Part shown: positions 37,359 to 46,188 of the stretch, one piece after another | Layout: each line of letters opens with the position of its first letter | How positions within the stretch are numbered: the stretch's first letter is position 1 | From: an uncultured Clostridia bacterium | Lineage (GTDB): Bacteria > Bacillota > Clostridia > Saccharofermentanales > Saccharofermentanaceae | Direction: 5' to 3' | Assembly (NCBI GenBank): GCA_946611435.1 | Contig: CAMODL010000001.1 | Location: forward strand, 80,818 to 144,817 | Length of the DNA: 64,000 bases | Notes under the pieces: generated by a model | The model's database searches: none | What the model saw: the letters and a program-made list of their open reading frames with translations, nothing else | What the model was told of the DNA's origin: nothing | Program-made: the position numbers and the translations under genes

Positions 37359-37396
37359 ATATTTGGGAAGAGTTGAGAATAATCTCAGTTTAATTA

Positions 37397-38554
37397 TTAT
37401 GTCTCACTGTTCCTATCCTCGGGGACTGTTTCAGCTTCAATAGCTGCTACGGGAGTTTCCGCTGACGCCTCATTCTCTTCTGCGGAATTTGCTGCGGCTG
37501 CCTTTGCGGCCTTCTTGTGCTTCTTGTGTACTATAACTACGATGATCACGATGATGATGACCGGAACGAGTCCTGCGAGTACGAGGAGGATGTAGGGAAC
37601 TACGCCTGCGAAGTCGACTGCGAGGTTACGTGCACCTTTTCTGATATCCTTGATGGTATCGTTCAAGCTTCCGCGCATCTCTTCTCTGAAGGAAGGATCA
37701 TCTTCGGGAGTAGGTGTGGGGGTTACTTCTTCCTCTTCCTCGACTGTCTCTCTTACTGTCAGAGTGAGTGTACCGAAGGAAGAGAGGTTGGAGAGGATCC
37801 TTGCCTGAGACTCATAGCTCTCGATCTCATAGCTCAGCTGTGTGAGACGTGTCTGGAGAGTGAGGATATAATCGATATTATCTGTATTGGCAAGAAGCTC
37901 CATAAGCGTGTTCTGCTCCGTGCGGAGAGCCTCGATATGGCTCTCGATATCGGAGTACTGAAGTGTAACGTCCTCGGTGCTCTCATTCTGTGACAGTACT
38001 GTGCAGTATCCGCCGAAAGAATTGATCAGCTCATCAAGATATTCGGAAGGAACGCGGATAACAAATACGCCGGTCCTCAGGTCTTTCTCTTCTCCTGTTC
38101 CGTATTCGGAAGAACTCTCTACATAACCTCCGAGTGCGACTGTCTGTGCACGGACTGACATAACAACATCCGTATACCGGAGCGTCTCGACTTCCATCGT
38201 AACTCGGCGGATCAGCATCCTTGTGTTATACGTGATATTAACGTCATTAGTGTTATATCCGTCCGGAGTGCTGCCGCTATTGATATAATCGGACATCTCA
38301 TCGGTTACGGCGTTGTGCATATCGGCATCATCGGCACCGTAATATGCGTCCTCTTCCCAATATGCTTCAGTCTCATATGCAGGATACTCGGCCGATACAT
38401 ATTCTTCCAACTCGGGAATAGTCGTTTCCTCGGTCGTGTGTCTGTCGCCACTCCTGCTGTTCTTGTCGTCGTCCTTGGATGATCCGCATGCTGCCAGACC
38501 CATGATGAGTCCGGTTACGAGCACCAAAGATACTATAGGTATTAACTTTTTCAT
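37397..38554 (-). CDS. DUF4349-domain lipoprotein with a C-terminal TM anchor
   Basis: Lipobox MGLAACGSS. The central region (MLIRRVTMEVETLRYTDVVMSVRAQTVALGGYVESS...VIRVPSEYLDELINSFGG...LQYSDIESHIEALRTEQNTLMELL) is typical of DUF4349. The C-terminal TM is VVPYILLVLAGLVPVIIIVIIVVIV. Confidence 0.8.
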   Translation of the reverse strand: MKKLIPIVSLVLVTGLIMGLAACGSSKDDDKNSRSGDRHTTEETTIPELEEYVSAEYPAYETEAYWEEDAYYGADDADMHNAVTDEMSDYINSGSTPDGYNTNDVNITYNTRMLIRRVTMEVETLRYTDVVMSVRAQTVALGGYVESSSEYGTGEEKDLRTGVFVIRVPSEYLDELINSFGGYCTVLSQNESTEDVTLQYSDIESHIEALRTEQNTLMELLANTDNIDYILTLQTRLTQLSYEIESYESQARILSNLSSFGTLTLTVRETVEEEEEVTPTPTPEDDPSFREEMRGSLNDTIKDIRKGARNLAVDFAGVVPYILLVLAGLVPVIIIVIIVVIVHKKHKKAAKAAAANSAEENEASAETPVAAIEAETVPEDRNSET

Positions 38555-38970
38555 TTCTGTGTCCTCCTTACCCTGTCGTTGTCATTCGGGTCTTATGCCT
38601 TTAATACAATCCGGGAATGAGGAATGTTGCAGACGATTATATTTTTTCGAAAAAAATATTTCTCGAAAAAGATCACCTCCCGATGCAACAAAACATTACC
38701 GGCAAATGTATATAGGGTAAGAACGTGAAGCGGGGAGGTATCAGGCAGGCAAAAGAAACGCATACGGCAAGTCCTTATGATATGTGTTATATTATTAGCG
38801 ATCACCTTAAAGGAGATACGGGATTGATAACACTTAGCATCAACAACAGGATAAGCCGGTTGATCACGTGGATATCTGATCTGGCATATCGTGCCGGGAT
38901 AAGATTCACGGATCTGACAGACGGAACATCCGGATCCGAGTATGAGGAGTTCAGCGATGCCGGGAACGGT

Positions 38971-39477
38971 ATGGGTCAGGGCTCTTACATACCGGATGAC
39001 GTGGCCGATAAGGCTGCGGAGCTGATGGACAAGTTCGGTAATACGATCATCAGATTCGCTTATACTTATGTCCACAATATGCAGGACGCAGAAGATATCC
39101 TGCAGGATGTTCTTATATCCTATATGCGTAAAGCGCCCGTATTCGAGAACGATGGTCACGCAAAGGCGTGGCTCCTGACGGTGACAGCCAATACCTCCAA
39201 GAACAGGATCAAATATAACAGCTACCGTTCTCACGACGAGCTCAATGAGACTCTCGTGGCACAGCACAAAGAGGATCTGTCCTTTATCTGGGAAGCAGTG
39301 AGTTCGCTTCCGGAGGACAGCAGAGAGATCTTCCATCTGTTCTATCAGGAAGATCTTACGACTGCACAGATAGCGCAGGTCCTCGGCGTGAAGGAATCGA
39401 CGATCAGGTCCAAGCTGAAGCGCGGACGTGACAAGCTGAAGACTGTATTGAAGGAGGTGTATGACTTTGGAGAATAA
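38971..39477 (+). CDS. ECF-type sigma-70 family RNA polymerase sigma factor
   Basis: Region 2 (AEDILQDVLISYM...KAWLLTVTANTSKNRI) and region 4 (EIFHLFYQEDLTTAQIAQVLGVKESTIRSKLKRGRDKL) are present. The start is uncertain: ATG 38971 gives about 168 aa, ATG 39025 is an alternative, and the ORF-track GTG at 38725 is probably too long. Confidence 0.8.
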   Translation: MGQGSYIPDDVADKAAELMDKFGNTIIRFAYTYVHNMQDAEDILQDVLISYMRKAPVFENDGHAKAWLLTVTANTSKNRIKYNSYRSHDELNETLVAQHKEDLSFIWEAVSSLPEDSREIFHLFYQEDLTTAQIAQVLGVKESTIRSKLKRGRDKLKTVLKEVYDFGE

Positions 39478-40246
39478 GTACAAAGAGATCATGAACCATG
39501 TTCAGGTCGACGAAGCCATGCGCGCCCGTATCCTTGAGAACCTTAGAGCGGAAGCTGCAGGGGATTATAACCCGCGGGCAGAAGTTACTTCCATTGAAGC
39601 TGATAGAGCAGCCCGCGAGAAGGGCAAGAGACGTGCAATGATGCTAAGACTCGTACCTGCAATTGCGGCCGCAGTCGCGGTCCTTGTAGCGGGTGTCCTG
39701 ATATTCAGCCGCACCGATGATAAGAAGGATGCTCTGACAGAAGATGCTGATCGCTCAAGGGGCACTTATACGTACAGCCATAACGGTATAGCTGATGAGG
39801 TAGATGCTGCGGCGGGCATAGAAGAGCTGGAGATAGACAGCTATCTATCGGAAGTGACAACGATCGCGGGACGGGACGATAATATTGTTCCTGAAGAGAC
39901 TGAAGCTGAAGAAGCAGAAGAGCCTGTCAGTAACGAGACAGCGAGTGCCGTAAACGGGTTTACGGTCATTACTTACAAGGCAGGCGCCGAGTCTTACACA
40001 TCGATCGACTCCGGACTGATAAGCGATCTGCTGACCTTTATGGCGGATGTCAGACGTCTGCCTTCATCCGATACGGGATCAGCCGACATAGAGTATCTCT
40101 TCGTTCTGTCAGGCGAAGACAACTGTGACGAATGTGTCATCGGGTTCATGGAAGGGTATATCTGGATAGACGGTATATTCTATGAATATCCGACTGCTCT
40201 CGACTATGGAGAGTATCTGGCTTCCATGGTCAGAGGATCAAGGTGA
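39461..40246 (+). CDS. Putative anti-sigma factor (single TM, extracytoplasmic domain)
   Basis: It overlaps the sigma gene by 17 nt. A short N-terminal helix (VDEAMRARILENL) is followed by the TM MLRLVPAIAAAVAVLVAGVLIF. Confidence 0.6.
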   Translation: MTLENKYKEIMNHVQVDEAMRARILENLRAEAAGDYNPRAEVTSIEADRAAREKGKRRAMMLRLVPAIAAAVAVLVAGVLIFSRTDDKKDALTEDADRSRGTYTYSHNGIADEVDAAAGIEELEIDSYLSEVTTIAGRDDNIVPEETEAEEAEEPVSNETASAVNGFTVITYKAGAESYTSIDSGLISDLLTFMADVRRLPSSDTGSADIEYLFVLSGEDNCDECVIGFMEGYIWIDGIFYEYPTALDYGEYLASMVRGSR

Positions 40247-40341
40247 TCACGCTCACAGTCTGAATAAGGTATTACATATTGATATGTGATATAATCAATG
40301 CTGTTCGTTTATGAACAGACAATGATAGGGGAGGAAAACAA

Positions 40342-41541
40342 ATGCACAACTTTAAGAAAGTTATCTGTATGGCAGTATCTGCTACGATGCTCGTTGGCTC
40401 TATTGCTGCCTGCAGCAAGAGTGACAAAGGCGGAGACGACGCAGATCTCGAAGATGTAGTGGCAACATATCTTGACAATGTCATCAATTCAAAGGTCGGC
40501 AAGAATGCCAAGATCGTTGAGGACGGTGAGGATGCCGTAGGTGAGATGGATCTTGATGCCACGTCTGAAGCTATCATCGCACTTATCGAGAATGCAGAGT
40601 ATGAGATCGTTGAGACCGATGCAGACAAGAAGACAGCTGAGGTCACAGTAGAGATCAGCACTGTTGCGATCGACGATATCATCGATTCCATCGATGGTGA
40701 GATCACAGTAGATGCTTTCATCGATGCTGTCGGAGATCTTGCTTCGGATGAGGACAGCTTCGAGGTAGAGGAATTTACTTTCGAGCTCGTTAAGGACGAT
40801 GATGAGTGGCTCATCTCTTCTGACAGCACTGAGGAATTCGCTGATTATCTGAAGGATCTGGTAGATGACGTAGACTTTATCTATGAAGTTGATATCCCGG
40901 ATATCGGCGGCGATCCGACAGAGCCTACAGAAACAGAGCCCGATGTGACAGAGTCTACGGAGCCTACAGACGTAGTTGCACCTACAGAGACAGAGCCCAC
41001 AGAGCCTACTGAGACAGAGACTCAGTCCACAGCTGCTCCGATCGATGTTTCCAACATCAGCGGAACATCTTATGTAGCTCATTATGACATTACGGATATG
41101 ATGGTCGAGAATATGGGTATCTCCGGCTATCAGCCCAACGGTTCCATCATCTTCGATATGCACCTTATACTCGGTGATGACGGCACGTTCACAATGTACT
41201 GTGACGGTAGTGAATTCGCTTCGAAGTTCGAAGACTTCTTCAGAACGAACATGCTGTCCATGATGGCTACAATGTACGGTATGTCAGAGACAGAGATCGA
41301 GTCACTCTTGACTTCAAGCGGAATGTCCATTGATCAGCTGGTCGAGGAAGCGCTGGCAGAGGCTGATTATTCCACCATCACGAACCAGGTAAGCGGCACA
41401 TATACGATCAGCGGCGATCAGGTCATCCTGTCAGCTGTCGGCATGGGCTCTTCCGCAGGTACGATCAGCGGCAACCAGATCACTATGGACTGGACAGATC
41501 CTTCACTCGGTGAGATGGAATTCGTCTTCGTTGAGGAATAA
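40342..41541 (+). CDS. Acidic lipoprotein of unknown function
   Basis: Lipobox VGSIAACSKS. The N-terminal domain is paralogous to that of 52400..54091. The linker is TEP-rich, and the C-terminal domain is paralogous to 41688..42251. Confidence 0.7.
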   Translation: MHNFKKVICMAVSATMLVGSIAACSKSDKGGDDADLEDVVATYLDNVINSKVGKNAKIVEDGEDAVGEMDLDATSEAIIALIENAEYEIVETDADKKTAEVTVEISTVAIDDIIDSIDGEITVDAFIDAVGDLASDEDSFEVEEFTFELVKDDDEWLISSDSTEEFADYLKDLVDDVDFIYEVDIPDIGGDPTEPTETEPDVTESTEPTDVVAPTETEPTEPTETETQSTAAPIDVSNISGTSYVAHYDITDMMVENMGISGYQPNGSIIFDMHLILGDDGTFTMYCDGSEFASKFEDFFRTNMLSMMATMYGMSETEIESLLTSSGMSIDQLVEEALAEADYSTITNQVSGTYTISGDQVILSAVGMGSSAGTISGNQITMDWTDPSLGEMEFVFVEE

Positions 41542-41578
41542 TAACGATCCGGCCATAAAGATCAAATGATCACAGATT

Positions 41579-41610
41579 CCGTCCTCTGCCTCGCAGAGGG
41601 CGGTTTTTTT
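41579..41610 (+). terminator. Intrinsic terminator
   Basis: CCGTCCTCTGC-CTC-GCAGAGGGCGG followed by TTTTTTT. Confidence 0.85.
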
Positions 41611-41687
41611 GACATCTCTTCTCGAAAATACTATAATCTTCGCGGCTGCTCTATCGGTGGCTGAACAAATGAATAAGGAGAAAAACA

Positions 41688-42251
41688 ATGAAAAAGTTTA
41701 CAAAGATCGCTTCCGTTATCGTTGCAGTAAGCATGATCGCCGCTGCAGCAACAGGATGCTCAAAGAGTAAGAAGGATGATGATGTAGAGGGAGAGTATTC
41801 CGCTCAGTACAATGTTGCAGACATGATCATGGCAGGTGCAGGTCTGAGTGCCGATGATGCTGAGATCTTCTTTGATGTCAGCCTCGAGCTCGATGACGGC
41901 AACTATGTTCTCGATTCAGACGGAGAGAAGAATCTCGACAACATCCTCGATTACATGACAAGTGATGAGGGAGTACAGATCATCCTCGACCAGTTCGGTG
42001 CTACAGAAGAGCAGGCTGATACTATGGCTCAGGCTCAGGGCTATGACACCTTCAGAGATTATATCGCTGATATGTTTACCTCTTATGATGCTGATGATCT
42101 TGCTATGCACGAAGAAGGCACATACGAGATCGACGGTGATACGATCACATTCACTCCTGAGGATGACGGTGAGATCGGTGAAGCTACTATCGATGACGGT
42201 GAGATCACTGTCGAATTCGAAGACGGTTCTTCCGTAGTATTCAGCAAGTAA
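41688..42251 (+). CDS. Acidic lipoprotein, paralog of the C-terminal domain of 40342..41541
   Basis: Lipobox AAATGCSKS. Shared segments are YNVADMIMAGAGLS versus YDITDMMVENMGIS, and GTYEIDGDTITF versus GTYTISGDQVIL. Confidence 0.7.
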   Translation: MKKFTKIASVIVAVSMIAAAATGCSKSKKDDDVEGEYSAQYNVADMIMAGAGLSADDAEIFFDVSLELDDGNYVLDSDGEKNLDNILDYMTSDEGVQIILDQFGATEEQADTMAQAQGYDTFRDYIADMFTSYDADDLAMHEEGTYEIDGDTITFTPEDDGEIGEATIDDGEITVEFEDGSSVVFSK

Positions 42252-42278
42252 TCTTATAATCAATAAGAATACAACAGG

Positions 42279-42310
42279 GCATCCCCGAGCGATCGGGGAT
42301 GTTTCTTTAT
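42279..42310 (+). terminator. Intrinsic terminator
   Basis: GCATCCCCGA-GCGA-TCGGGGATG followed by TTTCTTT. Confidence 0.8.
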
Positions 42311-42403
42311 CTATTCTTAAATATTACTTGACGTTTTTTTGAATAACGCCGTTTATTATGGAATCATCAGAAACAGGAAGGCCCCGGATCAGGAGGAGTA
42401 AAC

Positions 42404-43033
42404 ATGATAGACGTAAGATCTTTATTTGAAACGGAATTCACGAGCAGTTCGCTCGATCTTCAGGGATATTCATTTAACGAAGCCGGCAAGAAGAAGGTCG
42501 CCAAGACAAAGTTCAGGAATAAGATAGATTTTGATGTCGACTATGATCTTATAACAGACATCATGGCAAATAAGGGGAAGTTCTATTTCTTCAAACACAA
42601 TAAGAAGATCATTGCCGTTTATCCGATAAGAAGAGACGGCGGGACTTATACGATGGCAGAGAGGTTTTTCTCTCAGGATGTTGCCGAGAATATCAGGACA
42701 GAACTCGACAGGAAGATGACATTCTTCACGGCTTATCTTGCCACGACCGTAAAGGACGGCAAGGCGATCGTTGACGGCACAGAGCTCCCTGCACTGGGAG
42801 TTAAGTCCGGACCTTTTAACTGGCCGATGGCTCTACTGTTCGGCATTATCTACGGTAATATCTTCCGCATATCCATGTCGTCATGGGCAGGATTCGGGGT
42901 AGGATTTATAATGGGTATCGGCATAGGATCATGCTTCACGAAGCGTACTTATTACTTTAAGACCGACAAGGAGGATACTGCCTCCGGTGACGATGATACG
43001 GATGAAATGGATCCGTCGGATATAACAGACTGA
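42404..43033 (+). CDS. Hypothetical protein with C-terminal Gly-rich TM segments and an acidic tail
   Basis: 209-aa ORF with SD AGGAGGAG upstream. The hydrophobic segments are WPMALLFGIIYGNIF and WAGFGVGFIMGIGIGSCF. Confidence 0.6.
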   Translation: MIDVRSLFETEFTSSSLDLQGYSFNEAGKKKVAKTKFRNKIDFDVDYDLITDIMANKGKFYFFKHNKKIIAVYPIRRDGGTYTMAERFFSQDVAENIRTELDRKMTFFTAYLATTVKDGKAIVDGTELPALGVKSGPFNWPMALLFGIIYGNIFRISMSSWAGFGVGFIMGIGIGSCFTKRTYYFKTDKEDTASGDDDTDEMDPSDITD

Positions 43034-43046
43034 ATCTCTTCATAAT

Positions 43047-43086
43047 AAAGGCCTTCGCTAGCGGCGCAGCGAAGGCCTTCTTTTTG
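43047..43086. terminator. Bidirectional terminator (convergent with glnA)
   Basis: AAAGGCCTTCGC...GCGAAGGCCTTC stem, flanked by an A-run and a T-run. Confidence 0.85.
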
Positions 43087-43099
43087 GTTATGTCGTTGA

Positions 43100-44530
43100 T
43101 TACAGATCGTAGTACTTGGCGAACTCTGCCGGGTGAGGGATCCTGCCGATCTCATCAGCAGCCTTGGAAAGACGCTTGGTAAGCTGATCAAGTAGTCTCT
43201 CGGGGAATACACCGCCGACTGTCAGATAATCATGATCGGCCTTAAGAGCGGCTATGGCTTCAGGCAGTGATGCAGGCAGACCTTCGATCTTGGCCTTCTC
43301 TTCGTCAGACAGATCGAAAAGGTTGAAGTCGTAAGGTCCCCATCCTGCCTCATGAGGATCGATCTTATTCTTAATACCGTCCAGACCTGCCATAAGGATC
43401 GCCGCATAAGCATAGTAAGGATTACATGTAGCATCAGGGTTCCTGAGCTCGAATCTCTTAGTATCGGGAGTCTTGGCATAAGCAGGTATACGAACGACAG
43501 CGGATCTGTTGGCCATTGCATATCCGATGGTAACAGGCGCTTCGAATCCGGGAACCAGTCTCTTATAGGAATTCGTGGAAGGGTTCGTGATCGCGCAGAG
43601 TGAACGCGCATGTGTCAGGAGTCCTCCGATGAACCAGAGGGCTTCATTGCTGAGCTGTGCATAATTATCGGGATCGTAGAATATCGGCTTTCCGTCCTTT
43701 GTCAGGAGCATGTGAACGTGCATTCCGTTTCCGGCCTCGCCTGCCAGAGGCTTAGGCATAAGAGTAGCAGTTCTGCCGTCTGCAACAGCCTCATTCTTGA
43801 TAACATACTTGGCTGACATGGTGTCGTCGGCAAGCTTGAGCATCTCGCCCAGCTCTACTTCGATCTCCATCTGTCCGCAGCCGCCTACTTCAGGGTGATG
43901 ATACTTTACATCTATGCCCCACTCCTTCATGGCAAGGCACATCTTAGTTCTCAGATCATTACATACATCCATGGGCAGGCTGGTGTGATAGCCGGTGCCG
44001 TGAGGGATCTGGTAACCGTGGTTATTCTCGTAGGAATTGGAAGCCCAGTGAGCCTGCTTGGCGAAGATCTCATAGGACATGCTTTGGGATCTGACATCAA
44101 ATTCCACCGTATCGAAAATGTAGAATTCATATTCCGGACCGATGATCATCTTGTCAGCAATACCTGTTTCCTTCATGTACTCGAGAGCCCTGATCGCCAC
44201 ATTACGGGGATATTGGTCAAAGGGCTTGTTCTCGGGCAATGCGATAACTCTGACGTCACCGATCATGGAAAGAGTAGGGATCTGTGCGTAAGGGTCGATA
44301 ACAGCGGAATCAAGCACAGGTACAAATACCATGTCGCTGTTCTCTACCGGTGCATAGCCGTAGTTTGAGCCGTCGAAACCGATTCCTTGTGTCATCGTCT
44401 TCTCTGAGAGCCTCTCGGCGGGGATACTCAGGTGTCTCCAGCGACCGTCGATGTCGGTCAGCTTAAAATCCACCATCTTAATGTCGTTGTCCTTGATCAT
44501 CGCAAGGACGTCCTGCAAAGTTCTGCTCAT
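43100..44530 (-). CDS. glnA: Type I glutamine synthetase
   Basis: 476 aa. It has the N-terminal beta-grasp (IKMVDFKLTDIDGRWRHLSIP) and the catalytic-domain motifs (HHPEVGGCGQMEI, GNGMHVHMLL, NPSTNSYKRLVPGFEAP). Confidence 0.9.
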   Translation of the reverse strand: MSRTLQDVLAMIKDNDIKMVDFKLTDIDGRWRHLSIPAERLSEKTMTQGIGFDGSNYGYAPVENSDMVFVPVLDSAVIDPYAQIPTLSMIGDVRVIALPENKPFDQYPRNVAIRALEYMKETGIADKMIIGPEYEFYIFDTVEFDVRSQSMSYEIFAKQAHWASNSYENNHGYQIPHGTGYHTSLPMDVCNDLRTKMCLAMKEWGIDVKYHHPEVGGCGQMEIEVELGEMLKLADDTMSAKYVIKNEAVADGRTATLMPKPLAGEAGNGMHVHMLLTKDGKPIFYDPDNYAQLSNEALWFIGGLLTHARSLCAITNPSTNSYKRLVPGFEAPVTIGYAMANRSAVVRIPAYAKTPDTKRFELRNPDATCNPYYAYAAILMAGLDGIKNKIDPHEAGWGPYDFNLFDLSDEEKAKIEGLPASLPEAIAALKADHDYLTVGGVFPERLLDQLTKRLSKAADEIGRIPHPAEFAKYYDL

Positions 44531-44626
44531 AATACACCCCTGAAATATAAGTATTCGCCTTCGATGCGGCGTACTTATATTTTACCCTATGAAGGGGCAA
44601 AGGTGCATTTGATATTTATGGAAAGA

Positions 44627-45967
44627 TCAGTTCTCCATCAGCCAGACCTGAGAAGAGTAAGGCGGGAGCATCGATCCGCCGCCGAAGTCGTGGATCGTTC
44701 CCGTAAGAAGTTCCTTCGCCTGTCCGCATCCCGCATCGAAATGCGCCGTATATTCATTCCCGTCGGCATTGATGGCGATCAGTATCCTCTGTGAATCACA
44801 TCTGCGCTCGAAGATGCACTGCCGGTTGGTCAGCACTACAGACCTGAATGAACCGTAATTCAGCGCAGGCGATCCGGACTTGATCTTTGCAAGTCTTGAT
44901 ATATGTTCCGTAAGATCATTCCACTCCGGCTTATCAAGGCAGGGCCTCAAGACCGGATCTCCGTCTTCCTTACGTCCCTTAACGCCCCACTCGCTTCCGT
45001 AATAGACACAGGGGAAACCCGGCATACCGAAAGCCATCGTATAGATAAGCGGAAGGTGAGAGGGATTACCGAGGATCGAAGCTACTCTGGTCACATCGTG
45101 GTTATCGACAAAGCTCATCAGATGCTTTCCTCTGTACCAGCTCCAGTTCTCGGGACCGAACTGCTGTATAAGCGTGTTTATTATCTCGAACATATTCAGG
45201 CAATTGAAGCTGCTGTAAAGCCCCTTGTAACATGCGTAGTTCGTGCAGCTGTGGAGCATGCCGTCGTTAACGAACTGATTATAGTCACCGTGGAGAAGCT
45301 CGCCGAGGAGCAGGAATTCGGGTTTGATGCTGTTCGCGAACTCCCTTAATCTGTGTATAAAGTCACGATCAAGGCAATAGGCAACATCGAGCCTTAATCC
45401 GTCTATGTCAAAAAAGTCGACCCAGTATCTGATCTTATCGAGGATATGATCGATGACAGCAGGATTCCTGAGATTCAATTTGACCAGTGAGTAGTGGCCC
45501 TCCCAGCCTTCATACCAGAAGCCGTCGTTGTATGCCGAATTGCCGTCCCATGAGATATGGAACCAGTCCTTGTATGGTGAGTCCCACTTCTTCTCGATCA
45601 CATCCTTAAACGCCCAAAAGCCTCGACCTACATGATTGAACACACCGTCGAGGACAACGCGGATGCCTGCCTCGTGAAGCTTTTGTACGACAGTTCTGAA
45701 GTCTTCGTTGGTGCCGAGTCTTCTGTCGATCAGTCCGTAGTCCCTTGTATCGTATCCGTGCGAGTCCGATTCGAAGACCGGCGAAAAGTATATGGCCGTT
45801 ATGCCGAGCTTGCTGAAATGGGGGATCCAGTCGATAACCTTATTGATCGGCGCAGGGCTGAGGGCAGGTGCATCGACAGGCATAGTGTTGGCAAAATTCC
45901 CGTCCGCGGGTGCTCCGCAGAATCCCATAGGGTATATCTGATAAAAGACTGCTTCTTCAAACCACAT
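44627..45967 (-). CDS. GH13 alpha-amylase-family glycosidase
   Basis: The GH13 conserved regions are DGVFNHV, GLRLDVA, LLGELLH and FVDNHD. I prefer the ATG at 45967, 11 nt after GGGAGG. The ORF-track start at 45976 is a TTG. Confidence 0.85.
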   Translation of the reverse strand: MWFEEAVFYQIYPMGFCGAPADGNFANTMPVDAPALSPAPINKVIDWIPHFSKLGITAIYFSPVFESDSHGYDTRDYGLIDRRLGTNEDFRTVVQKLHEAGIRVVLDGVFNHVGRGFWAFKDVIEKKWDSPYKDWFHISWDGNSAYNDGFWYEGWEGHYSLVKLNLRNPAVIDHILDKIRYWVDFFDIDGLRLDVAYCLDRDFIHRLREFANSIKPEFLLLGELLHGDYNQFVNDGMLHSCTNYACYKGLYSSFNCLNMFEIINTLIQQFGPENWSWYRGKHLMSFVDNHDVTRVASILGNPSHLPLIYTMAFGMPGFPCVYYGSEWGVKGRKEDGDPVLRPCLDKPEWNDLTEHISRLAKIKSGSPALNYGSFRSVVLTNRQCIFERRCDSQRILIAINADGNEYTAHFDAGCGQAKELLTGTIHDFGGGSMLPPYSSQVWLMEN

Positions 45968-46128
45968 ATATAACAAAACCTCCCGGTTGTTTTTTTATCC
46001 GTCGCGTCCTTGAAAGGACCACCAAGACAGTATAGCACAACGCAGTGGGTGAGTTTCTGATAATAGAGTCGGATTCTGAGCAAAAATACAGGTTAAAGCT
46101 TACGGTTCAGTAAGGTATTCCTCTTAAA

Positions 46129-46168
46129 GAAAAAGTCGAGGTGCTTGAACTCAAGCCCTCGACTTTTG
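46129..46168 (-). terminator. Terminator after the first LRR-DUF4214 gene
   Basis: GTCGAGG...CCTCGAC stem flanked by A/T runs. Confidence 0.65.
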
Positions 46169-46188
46169 TATTTCCGATCTGTCAGATC

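Noticed and set aside
38593-39492. 299-aa minus-strand ORF
   Set aside because: It lies antisense to the ECF sigma factor gene, which has clear region 2 and region 4 motifs on the plus strand.
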